Position numbers and translations under genes: made by a program
The notes under the pieces: model-generated
Databases searched by the model: none
What the model was told of the DNA's origin: nothing
The model's input: the letters and a program-made list of their open reading frames with translations, nothing else
In this document: one piece after another, positions 23,801 to 34,348 of the stretch
Layout: the number at the start of each line of letters is the position of its first letter
Numbering within the stretch: the stretch's first letter is position 1
Source: Spirogloea muscicola
Taxonomy: Eukaryota
Direction of reading: 5' to 3'
Assembly (NCBI GenBank): GCA_009602725.1
Contig: WELB01000018.1
Span: 516,768-551,159, forward strand
DNA: 34,392 nucleotides

Positions 23801-24841
23801 TGTCATGCGCACCTCGCGCCTTCTTGACTTCATCAGGATTCATTAGCTGGGCATCTTAAACCATTGTTGTGAATTTAGATGCTAATGAATTTACCCCTTG
23901 ACACCAATTGAGTGGCAGGTGGAAGGAGAAAGACATTGACCCGAAGGTGAAGCGTGCTGCTGGTGAGTGCCTGCTGACGCCATACGAGACCGCCAAGCTC
24001 CTGGAGGCGCTGGGGTTCCCCAACACCACCACAGTGTACATAGCAGCCGGGGAGATCTTTGGACACGGTAGCCTGGAGGCAAGCCCCGTGACTGCTGCCT
24101 TCGTCCAATCAATATGTCTGGTGGTCAACCTCATGGCTACTTGACAGCTGAGTCGTTTCTGTTGGTTTGTCCTTATTGCATCACCCTTTCCCTTCACTTT
24201 ACCTAAGGTTTCCTTCTTGTAAGTCAGATTTCTATAATTCCTCCTCCTTCCTCCTTTCCTCCTGCAGGCCTTTCGATCCAGGTTTCCCAATACGTTCACA
24301 CACGAGACACTGGCTACAGAGGCCGAGCTAGCTCCATTGCGCCCCTACCAGAACCGTATGGCTGCAGTGGATTACAGTGTGGCGCTAGAGAGTGATGTTT
24401 TTGTCTACACATACGAGGGCAACATGGCCAAGGCTGTGCAGGGCCACCGACGCTTCGAGGGCCACCGCAAGACAATCATTCCTGACAGGTGGGTCTTATA
24501 TAAGTGAGGTTTTAGGAACAGTTTCCTGAATCACTATCAAGATGGATTGCTGACTCTTGTGATACTTACTTGGTCGTTCATGCAGGCAGGGGCTAGTAAA
24601 GTTGGTTGATGAGATGGAGGCAGGCATAATTACCTGGGAACATTTCCGCCGCTATGTTCAGAAACTGCACAAGAAGCGGGACGGCGCACCGCGGCACCGA
24701 CTTGCAGGCAGCAACCCGAAGCTAGAAGAGAGCTTCTTTGCGAACCCTTACCCAGGTTGCATCTGCTATGACGCCAGCCTGAAGATCCGCCGTCTTGGCA
24801 AGCAGCCCAAGCCAGATCAAGTAGTCACGGCCTCAACATGA
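20838..24841 (+). CDS. GT106 / plant O-fucosyltransferase-family glycosyltransferase (type II membrane; resembles the FRIABLE1 clade); start uncertain (20838 via an intron, or 21192)
   Basis: Exons ..21422, 21632-21769, 22059-22143, 22517-22590, 22704-22792, 22916-23045, 23253-23482, 23592-23687, 23919-24078, 24268-24488, 24586-24841. TM segment [23 protein letters not shown]. Motifs [94 protein letters not shown]. Confidence 0.92.
23729..23828 (+). mobile_element. Retroelement 3' stub inside a GT106 intron
   Basis: gtattggcttgatctggcctccctttcatgtcatgcgcacctcgcgccttct matches the 3' end at 138-190 and 12500-12555. Flanked by ttcatca at 23722-23728 and 23829-23835. Confidence 0.75.
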
Positions 24842-25157
24842 TGATATTTTGCAGGGGTGGGACTTGAGCCTCTCATCAACCTGCCATTTTTTGGTAAATT
24901 CATCTCCTCCTCTGATTTTTCTGATGCATAGATTGCGTCGAGGACCAGTGCCATGTACTTTAAATCCCACTAAGTGATTTGTCGCAGTTGCTGCTGCGCT
25001 GTATGGTGCCCGTAGGATGCTGCCCTGTGGGCTGTTTGGGCTCCTACTGCGAGATCTCGAAGTAAGGAAGCTTACAAAGTCCCAGAAGTGACAACCTTCA
25101 CTTACTACAGACCCGCATACATAGAGGAATATACACTTAATTACCCCCTAGATCCTA

Positions 25158-25632
25158 AAGCCCTCGCCCCTTCCTCCAAAGGGAAGAAGGGGAAGAAGGG
25201 GCAAGGGCTGTGACAAGTGAGGAAGAAAAGACGCTTCAGTAAAGTGGCGGTGGCTGTGAGAGGCCAGCCCAGAAAGAAGAATGAAAAGATTGCGAAGGTG
25301 CCAGAGAAAGTTCGAATGCACACAGTGAAGTACCCACGAAGCACTCAGTAACCCCTCCTGAGCAGCCGCAGCCGCCCTGTGTGAGAAGAAAGGGCTCGCC
25401 CATGAGGGCTTGTGAGAGAAGGGCTCGCCCATTGAGGATAGGGGCTGGAAAAGCCAGCCCAAAAAAGAATGAACAAAGTACGAGAAGGGGGGCCAGAGGA
25501 AGCGCTAAGAAAACAAAGCACACAAAGAAAGAAAGCAGCTGTGAGGGCTTGCTTGTCACAGCGCTTACAGCTCAGCCGATTCCCAGCCGATTCTTTCATA
25601 TCAGCAGCCGCTTTCTTTCAGACTGCCTTCTC
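25158..25632. mobile_element. Cluster of retroelement 3' stubs upstream of TRM112
   Basis: 25413-25541 is the reverse complement of about 379-504. DLRLLRRGY*-type end at 25345-25375 (-). 25584-25615 is identical to 10039-10070. Confidence 0.85.
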
Positions 25633-25738
25633 TTCTGGCTACATCCCAACGTCTGGCGAGCTTGTCACGGAGCAACTTGTGAAAGAGGCAAGCAGCCGCG
25701 AAGCGGGAGGCACGCCGGTGCCCGACCGCCGCCGCCCG

Positions 25739-25740
<2 letters not shown>

Positions 25741-25784
<44 letters not shown>
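25741..25784 (+). repeat. (GGC)n trinucleotide repeat immediately upstream of the TRM112 ATG
   Basis: Perfect ggc run ending two bases before the ATG at 25787. Confidence 0.95.
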
Positions 25785-25786
25785 AG

Positions 25787-27145
25787 ATGAGGCTCCTGAC
25801 GCACAACATGCTGACGTGCAACGCGCGCGGCGTGACCAAGGGCTTCCCGCTGCGCATCGAGGCGGCGCGGCTGGAGGCGCGCGACGCCGACTTCAACCCC
25901 GCCTTCCTGCGCCACATGTACCCCAAGCTGGACTGGAAGGCCTTTCACGACGCCGCCGTCTCGGTATGACTCCATGGCTCTCGCAGCTCCGCCAACTCCA
26001 GACGGTGCCGCCTGCTTGGCGAGCTGCCCGGACCAGCCTCCTTTGCGAGCTCTCACAGTAGCTGGAGGATCTGGACCTCCGGTGATCGAGCATCTGCGTA
26101 GCCTTTTGCTACTGCGCTACCTCTGCAGCAGCGCCTCGTTTGCGTCTGGCTGCCTGGGTTATGCGAAGCCCAGGTGGTACCTCATAGGGGTTTAAGTATT
26201 GGTGGGGCGGCTTAGCCTTGCAAGCAGCACAAGTCGCCTGCCATAGACGTATGCCAGCGGCGCTCATCATGTCCCTCGACAAAGCCCGTGCTCAGTCCTC
26301 CCATCCCTTCCCTCCTGTTGCCGAACTCTCAAGTTGCAGAAAGTAGCAAACCCACAATGCACAAGTGCCTTGAGATGCCAGCGGCGCTCATCGAGTCCCC
26401 CAACAGAGCTAGTCAAGCTCTGCCTTTCACTATCCCCCCCCCTTTCCCCCTCCCTTCTCTCTGGTCGCCGCTACCTCAGTTGCAGAAAGTAGCAAGCGCA
26501 CGAGGGCCGAGGCCCAGGCTCTCCCTGCTTCTGAGCTTGGTCGTTTGGAGTGGCGGGTGCTAAGCTGCAGGCCACCCATCAGCTCACGACTCTCTGTCAT
26601 CTCACTTGATACTTCACCTACGCACAAGTCCGCGTGCTTGCTTTCCCTGAGCTGCCTCTCTTCCTTCAACATTTCTCGTGTGCTGCTCCTGTGCAGCTCG
26701 GGCTGGAGGGGCTCCCGGAGCAGGTGGAGCCGGCCATGCTAGAGGACGAGACATTCCTGCGCACTTTCCACCACGCGCTGCTGGAGGTGAGCAGTGTCAC
26801 GTGGCCACACTGCTGACTGAAATATCAATCTATGACCCCTGATTCAAACAGGCACATTCACGGTCTGGAGGGGCTGTCATACACTCTAGCTTGGCATGCG
26901 CCTACTTGAGTTGAAAGACTACACAATTCATGCCACGCCGTCTATGCCTTTTGCTGGTCAAAGTCATCTTCAGCCACATCTTCAGTGTGTGAACTTGTCA
27001 CAGAAGGTTCTCTCTTCACATTACAGTGACAATCTGTTCTCAGGTGCACTTAGAAGAAGGCGTGTTGATATGCCCGGAGACTGGACGAAGATTTCCAGTC
27101 AGCAAAGGCATTCCTAATATGCTGCTTAATGAGGACGAGGTTTGA
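25787..27145 (+). CDS. TRM112: Multifunctional methyltransferase activator subunit TRM112, 122 aa, 3 exons
   Basis: Exons 25787-25963, 26697-26786, 27044-27145. [69 protein letters not shown]. Confidence 0.97.
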
Positions 27146-27954
27146 CAGACTATTCAGGACGACCCAGTGAAAGAGACGGGAAGCATTGTCAACCTTTTTG
27201 TTCCACGCCAGTATGTTCGCTGGTGTGCCCTCACTCAGAAACTTTGAAACACCCTTACATTGCTCAATGACCTAAAGTGGAGCTTGCATTTACAAGCAAC
27301 TGCAGTGCCTAGTTTCGCAGCTTCGGGCAACTCCTCAGAGGGCCCTTCTGCAGGCCCCTTAGGCAGCACCTTGCAGTTCCACTCCATCTTGTAGAGTCTG
27401 TAGCTAGTCACCTGGTTAGGAAGTGAGGCGTTGTATATGGCGTCTCTGTCTGATTGGACACATTTGTGCACTATTGAAGCTCTTGGCACCTGGGTAATAT
27501 CCAGAAGCCCAATGCTCGAGGAGTTTCCTGTGGTACACCACATGCACAAACGTGATAATTGATGAGAGAGAGAGAGAGTGCCTGCTATGCATTCAGGCGA
27601 GAAGCCTTCTGGCGCAGAGGGCAAGCATGTCAAGGAACGATAAGAAACACATGTAGCTGCCTCAGCCAATGAAGAGAGAGAGCAGCTTCTATGAAGAGTA
27701 AACTATTGCTGACTACTGCACTAGACTCGTCAAGGAATGGTCCACATGCATGTGCTACTACTTCATTTGTTTGGGCCTCGGCATGCATACCAGTACGAGT
27801 GTTACCTTGTAAGTCTTGCTTCTTTGCTCTTGCTATTATTACAGGAGTGCAAAGGAGTGCTTTCATCATCAGCAGACCCCAAATCAGACTTCACCGGTGT
27901 TCGACCTCCACAATCCGATGATGTGGCAGTGCGGCAGCATTGGATAGTTAATGA

Positions 27955-28760
27955 TTGGGATGTGCTCATCCGTGGTTATTAACGTCACACTGTCATCTTA
28001 GCAACCTTAGCACAGGGCTTCGTTTCATGTAGCCCCAGTTCTTGCGCTAGTTTTTTGCCCGAACAACGGATTTGTTTGAAGTGGCCACCGTTTCATTCCA
28101 TGAGCACCCGTGCGCCTTCCTCACCTCTGAAAATCTGGAAGCACCTGCCAGGCTTTTACAGCCGCTCTTGTAACACACACATGGAATCAAGCAGCTACAA
28201 AACACTCAGTAACCCCTGCCAAGCAGCCGCAGGTCGGAGAAACTGGGACCTTGTACCAGTACCAGCAGCCACACACTTACCTGCACACTCACCTCGCTGC
28301 ATCGGGCTGGCCTCTTACAGCCGCTCTGTTAATATCAGCAGCCTACCTTTTGATTCACCACTTCTTCCCATGCGCCATGGACATATACGGCGGCTGTGGA
28401 ACGAAGTGGTCTGCCCTCCTCCATCGCCTGGCACTGCATGTTGATGCCCGCCGACGTAGTCGGGCGGGTAGCTTAGGCCATCCTAGCGTCCCGCAAGCCA
28501 TCATTGCATGCTTTGGGATGAGGCTATCATTGAGTCTGCAGCGCTCCCAAGCACTCGCGATTCACCAGCGTGCTGGTCGTGCATTAGCCCAGACTAATTG
28601 CTTCCGTGGTGGTGGTTTGGCTCCTCAGTATAGCTTGTCAGATATGCATGTGCTTACTCGGGGATATCAGTGTCCCCCTAAGCCAGCTCAGTACACAATA
28701 ACCAGGACATTTGTAAGGCTAGAATTGGCCTCCCTTTCAATTTCATGCGCACCGCGAGCA
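27955..28760. mobile_element. Cluster of CRE-like retrotransposon 3' fragments upstream of the F-box gene
   Basis: FFPCAMDIYGGCGTKW..MRLSLSLQRSQALAIHQRAGRALAQ..SLSDMHVLTRGY at 28362-28670 followed by its 3' end to 28757. Further stubs at 27955-28122, 28205-28250 (-) and 28303-28350. Confidence 0.85.
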
Positions 28761-28902
28761 CGAAGCCCGCAGTGGCGTGGCCTGCAGGCGAGCCGCGCGC
28801 GCCGTCGGCTGCCGCCATCGCCCGGCGTGCCTCCGCCAGAAGGCCTGCCCGCTGCCGACGACCGTGTGCTGCTTGTGGGCGTTCAGCGGTGCCGCCGTTA
28901 AA

Positions 28903-31900
28903 ATGGCCGCGCGCTCGAGGCGGCCTCCGGCGGGCCATCCCTTGCGCGCCGCCGAGGAGCCGCCGCCGCCGGGCGCAGAGCTCAGTGGCGGCTCGCGACG
29001 GGGGCCTCGGCTTCCGCAGCGCCCACTTGGCGTGCCTTCTAAGGGCCTCGCCAAAGCGTCGTCGCCAGAGCCGGATGGGGCGGTGGCGTGCACGCAGCAC
29101 CCCGTCGCGTTGCAGCTCTGCTTGGTCCGCCTCCAGTCGGCGTACGACCTGGCGGCCACCGCCGGCGTCTGCCGCGCGTGGCGCGACGTGCTGCGGGACG
29201 ACGCCACTTGGAGCGTCGTGCTGCACAAGTGGTGGCCGGGCACAGGCAAGCACTGCTAAGCCGAGCTCGGGCCCCATGGTTGAGGTGCTTCGAGCTCAGA
29301 CGCTGCATCTCCAGTGCTCGGCTTCCCACTGGGGATGTGAAGTCTGTGATCTTCCGAGCCTGCCATGCCTCCTTGACTGTGGGCGTGGCCTTCTGGGCAC
29401 ACCTCACGCCGCCAGCCTTGGAGAGCGGGAGCAGCAGAGCCGCGTTCATCACAAGGTACCAGCAGGGCCGCGCCAGGATGCAGGAGGCTCGGCTGGCCCA
29501 GCTGGAGCAGTCTGTCACACTTGCAGCCTTTGGTGAGCCGGGGGCCGCGCACTACAGCTTGCATAGCAGCTGCCTCTCGAGAACACTAGCAATACCTTAA
29601 CGCAGGCCTTTGTTGATAGAGTCGCAAACTGCTATGCAGGTTCCATGTTGTATTTGACACGGGTCCCACTAACCTTGCCTCTTCCCTTCCTCGTCGGCCT
29701 ACATATTCAGTTCTGCATGTTGACCCAGGTCTGGTGTTGCCCTCGACAGGCAACAGGGGGCCGCTCATTAATGTGGAGGCCGCCGCCAATAATGCTCGCA
29801 AGCTGGGCCTGCGGTTTGAGGTTCACTTGCATAAGTGGAGGCAGCCCGTGTCCTCACCCCAGCAGTCACACGCAAGAGCACTCCTTCCAGCCTCTGCCGT
29901 GACCATCTTTCCCACATCTGTGTCGCTCCGCCTTCCTCCAGCCAGGCTCAGTGCCAACTTCACACTGAGGGGTCTTGCATCTCTTGAAGTTGTAGTCGTC
30001 AGCCCGGTGCTGATGGCGACAGAGGTCCTTATGAAGGTCAATGGGGAATCCATTGCCCAAGGCTTGCAGCCGAGTTGGCCAGACGCTCCTGGCAAGGCCC
30101 CTCTGAATTTCAGCTTTGCAAGGTTGTGGGAATACTCCTGTGGAACCATTGGCATCGATACCTCTAGCCCCTGCATGACCGGAGAAAGAGAAGCGGAGGG
30201 CGAAAGTAATAGTCAAGGGCGCGACTGGACAGACAACAGCATGGAGGATGACTTGTGGGCTCCGTCATCGTATCAGACGATGGGGCAAACAGGAGCACTG
30301 CGGGGCAGCATAGTCTTAGGCACCCTGCCGGAGAAGGATGCTGCCAGCAAAACATTGAGTGAGCAGGTGACAGGCTGGGATCCTGCTAAGAGGCCATCAA
30401 GGTTTCTGCTAGGCTGGATGCAAGTGGCATATATCTGTGTAGTCAAGTGCTTCTTCACAGTTGCTGCAGCTATGCTGATAATCTCTTTCACATGGCTTCA
30501 TTGATAAACCCTGGTATAAGAACGAAATATGTGACCCGCACCAGTACACTGATGACGTCAAGATCTTATATCCCCCAGATTGTTCTGCTGGTGGTCAACC
30601 TCAACTTGGAGCACATTGTACAAGTTCTAAGGGCGGGGTCCAGCGTACGGAGGAGGCTGGCTCCTTGCCCCAATGCTTCCATTCGATCCTGCTTAATTGT
30701 ATGTCCCCACACCTGCTGTTCTCTGTCCAGATATACCTCAGCACACTTGGCATCTTTGAAGTGAGGCCTCAGCATGTATGATGGTGGTCAGTGACAGCAC
30801 TTACATGAGACACAGGAAGTGAGAAAAGCAAGACTTGAAACGTGAACATTAAGGACTGCTCCTCCACTGTGCCATCTCGTCAAAGCTGAGGACTGAAGTT
30901 GGCTCCTACTCAGACCGTACACCTCCGGACTTTCAGCCAGATTTGGTGGCTTGGCTTCCACAAGTTGGTCAGATTGATGAGCCTTCTTACTTGAATGATT
31001 CTTAAGACCTTGAGCCCACAATTCCAAATTTGGCCTGAATCTTCTGTGTGCTCGTGAGATTGCAGCACTGCTGTCATTGTTCTGTTCGTGATAGTGGGTC
31101 ATGCCCTCTGAGAGACGATATTATATTTTGGTCATGACAATACTCCATGCCCTCTGAAAGACCTTGTTCATAAGATGAAGGGCTCGCTGCCAGTGATGTT
31201 AGGACGTCATGAAGTTTACTAGAGATGCAAGATGTAGCGACTTCTGATTTACATACAATATTGGTTGTATATGCTTGCAGGAGTCAAAGGCCAAGTGCTC
31301 ACAGGTACTCCCTAGCTCTCTAGACTGCTTACATTTAGCTCACAATCTGCTTCATGAATTGTTGCTCAGGAAGCTGCCTTCTTTGCTGAAGCTGATATTG
31401 TGTAGTCTAAGTCGAAGGCTGCACTTTGCTCTCAAGCTGATCATGTGTCATCTCAGTCATACTCAATCGTCATACATATTTCCACGCCTTGCTGGTGCTT
31501 GTGTCATGGCACACTCAACAGCGTACAGCAACTGAGCTAAATACACCTCCTTTCGACCAGCCTCTATGCCAGATCCTCATAGTGTCTGAGTTTTACGATG
31601 CTGCTGTACCTACTTGGACTTTGGCAGGTCAAGGAAGGCACTCTCAAATTACCCTGGCGGACAGAGGTTTTCTCTGGAGCAATCATAGGGGGGTGTATTA
31701 TCGACTGTATCATCTGGGACGTCTCTGGGCGAATTGCCTGGTCCTGTAGTCAGCCAGTGCGCATTCACCTATGCGAAGCCCCTATCGTACCATGCGCAAT
31801 GCTCCATGCCTTTTCAGTAGAACAGGTGGGTGCATGTCAATCTCTCTCTCTCTGCTTGTGTACCTCATTTATGATCACAACAGCCATTGTATACTTAATT

Positions 31901-32215
31901 AGCAACTCGTTTTAGTACATGTTTGTTGCTCTCCGTTGTCACTGACTCACTTCATGACACGTCTTTCTCTGCTTGTACACACACTCTGTCTTAGTCAGAG
32001 TACTCTGCTTAGGTCATTCAGAGTACTCTGCTTATGTCATGTGTCAGGCGCCCCTAAAAGGACGGGAAGAAGTGATGCAGCCGGCCTGGTGCTCTGTGGA
32101 GGATCCTCTTGCAGATGTTAGCGTCACAGTAGAGTTTCCAGTGCTCGAGGCTGACTTTCCTGAGTTCCTCACACAAATGCAGCCAGTCACTCATCTCAAA
32201 CAGCTTCAAAATTGA
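28903..32215 (+). CDS. F-box protein resembling FBXO15; internal exons between 30645 and 31627 are uncertain
   Basis: Exons 28903-29245, 29416-29532, 29750-30366, 30579-about 30644, probable small exons (30914-, 31281-31304), 31628-31825, 32048-32215. F-box-like segment ALQLCLVRLQSAYDLAATAGVCRAWRDVLRDDATW. C-terminal LKLPWRTEVFSGAIIGGCIIDCIIWDVSGRIAWSCSQPV recalls FBXO15. Confidence 0.72.
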
Positions 32216-32689
32216 TGATGATTCGCTGAGTACGGGCTTGGAAGGATGAGTAGGTCAGGCACACAACATCGGCAATATGCTTTTGCTAAGGTTACATAGT
32301 CAAGGTGGGCAGTCCTTTGCACCAATATTGCAACGTCTTGGCAACACAATGAGGTGGATAATGCATAACCGGCCTTAGTTCCAGATCCTTGTTGGTCACT
32401 CCGCATGCATCCTACAAGCTTGTGTTCACTTGTGTGAGAACACTTACCAGAAAGTATTTGTCAACCACAAAGACCTCTCATCCTTGCAGGATCGCATGCA
32501 AGCAGCAATTCCGCACCTCAATGTACGAGCCTTATAAGAGGTTCCAACTTGCCTGTTTTGGCAACACAGGCCTGTTGTGCTTGGAGGTGCACTTGATGAA
32601 GTACGACCCTTGAACACGTGATGAATATGAGAATGCCAAAGACAAATTGCTGAAAGCGTAGGGCAGGCAGCCCTATCTATAAGGCAGGC

Positions 32690-34233
32690 TCAACCAATGA
32701 AGTTGATAACAACAAAGAAGAGCACCAAATTGCACAACACATAGTCGGCAAAGGCCTGCTCCGGTGCCAAGTCCTGCACATCAAAGAATGCGCTGATTTG
32801 ATATATGCGAAACTCGATGCTCATGCCTCTTTTGCATATGACCAATTAGTGATGAGGATGACAAGGACATCTTGATGCGTGAGCTTAACACCTGCCTAAA
32901 AGGAGAGCTTAATGAGGTCCGTTGGTCAGTAGTTTCAGCTTGACAATGAAATGTTTCCAGGATTCAGAACATGTGCAAATTGATTCCAAAAGAAAGGCAA
33001 GTCCTTTCCTAAGTTGCATGGCAAAAGCCCTGAACCCTAAAACCTTAAACCCTAACACCCTGCGCTACTTAAATTGCAGCGGAAATGCGGAGCAACATGC
33101 ATACCTTGAACTCCTTATTCTCCTTGTTGACCTGCATCCGTAGGCACACTGCCAGAGACAGGGCAGGAGAGGGGGAGAGGAGGCCAGTAACTTCGCAGTC
33201 CAGGATGATTCTTTAGAACTTGCCAGGAAGCATTGGAGTGGTCTTGCAAACCGAAACTTCATACCGTACTGTCCCTCAACTTAATTATGTGAGTGCCACA
33301 AATTAAGCCGGCAAGTTGAGAGTCACAAACTGAAAGCCTGCACCAAAAGCTGACCCTGCTGACCAGATCCAGCTTATAGCAAGCCCCGCCCCCGCTTTTA
33401 CCAGGCAGGGCAACTGGCATGCTCAGCATACTGAGCACAAGCTAGGGCTCCTGCATGACAGGTTTTTGAGGCAATAGGTGTTGGAATGCAGTAGCTACCT
33501 GCCAAAACGCCAGTTCCTATGCAGCAGAAGATGCCGGCCAGAAACGAGTTGAATGGGAAGGAGCCAACCAGCGCCATGTACACAAACTGCAAACAAGGTT
33601 TGCAGGTCCCATGATCCTGTCAGCATTCATTCGCTTTCGCCAGCGATCTGACGGACACCACATCCTGTCTCCTAAAGCTGTTCTGAAGTGCAAGCGGCTG
33701 CAGGTGCTACTATAGAGAAACAGCAACTACAGGGGAGGTGCCATGAGCCCCTAGTCTGCCAAAGGGCGTAGCAGGAGGGCAGGCAGGCCCCAATGCCGGC
33801 TTCTCGAGGCCACGCCGGCGCTGACCTGCACCAGCGCCGTGGAGAGGGCGTACGCGAGGAACAGGTCCAGCATCTGCAGTCGCCAATGGAGACTAGCTAG
33901 GGTTCAGCACTGGCCAGGGCCTTAAGGGGGGGCCCGTCAAAATGCAGCCGGCAGGCGCTGCCCTCCACATGGCTGTGGCAAGAGGCGCCCGCCGTTGTGC
34001 GCTCCTGCAGCTAAGACAAGTGCCGTGCTGCGTGCCGAAGACGGCAACTCAAGGCTATCCGCGACCGATGGGATGACAAGCAAAGGCAACGCCGGTCGCG
34101 CAGCGGGGCCGGGCCATGCCAGGCGGGGCACACCAAATGGCAACGCGAGAGCCACCTTGAGCTTCACGGGCGTCTTGCGGTACTCGGCGCGGAAGGTGGT
34201 GACGACCGCCCGGAAGTCGTCCGCCACGCCCAT
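32690..34233 (-). CDS. DAD1: Oligosaccharyltransferase subunit DAD1/OST2, 113 aa, 5 exons
   Basis: Exons 34233-34156, 33873-33826, 33586-33499, 33148-33105, 32773-32690. TPVKLKMLDLFL..YMALVGSFPFNSFLAG..LAVCLRMQVNKENKEFKDLAPEQAFADYVLCNLVL..INFIG*. Confidence 0.97.
33028..33062 (+). repeat. Degenerate (CCCTAAA)n telomere-like repeat in DAD1 intron 4
   Basis: ccctgaaccctaaaaccttaaaccctaacaccctg. Confidence 0.7.
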
Positions 34234-34348
34234 GGCGGCGGCAGCCGGCAGAGCCGGGGCGCCGGCAAGCGCCGCCCGGGCTCGTCCCGCACACAACCTT
34301 CTTCGCCTGGTGGACCTCAGGCGCGTAGCCTGACCTCCTCCTTCTCCT

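Noticed and set aside
60..28760. tRNA-derived SINE interpretation of the short repeats
   Set aside because: No pol III A/B-box head was seen, and 5' ends are variable and continue into retrotransposon coding sequence.
32195..32250. Possible frameshift at the end of the F-box gene
   Set aside because: The shifted frame (IDDDSLSTGLEG) gives no recognisable homology, so the stop at 32215 was kept.
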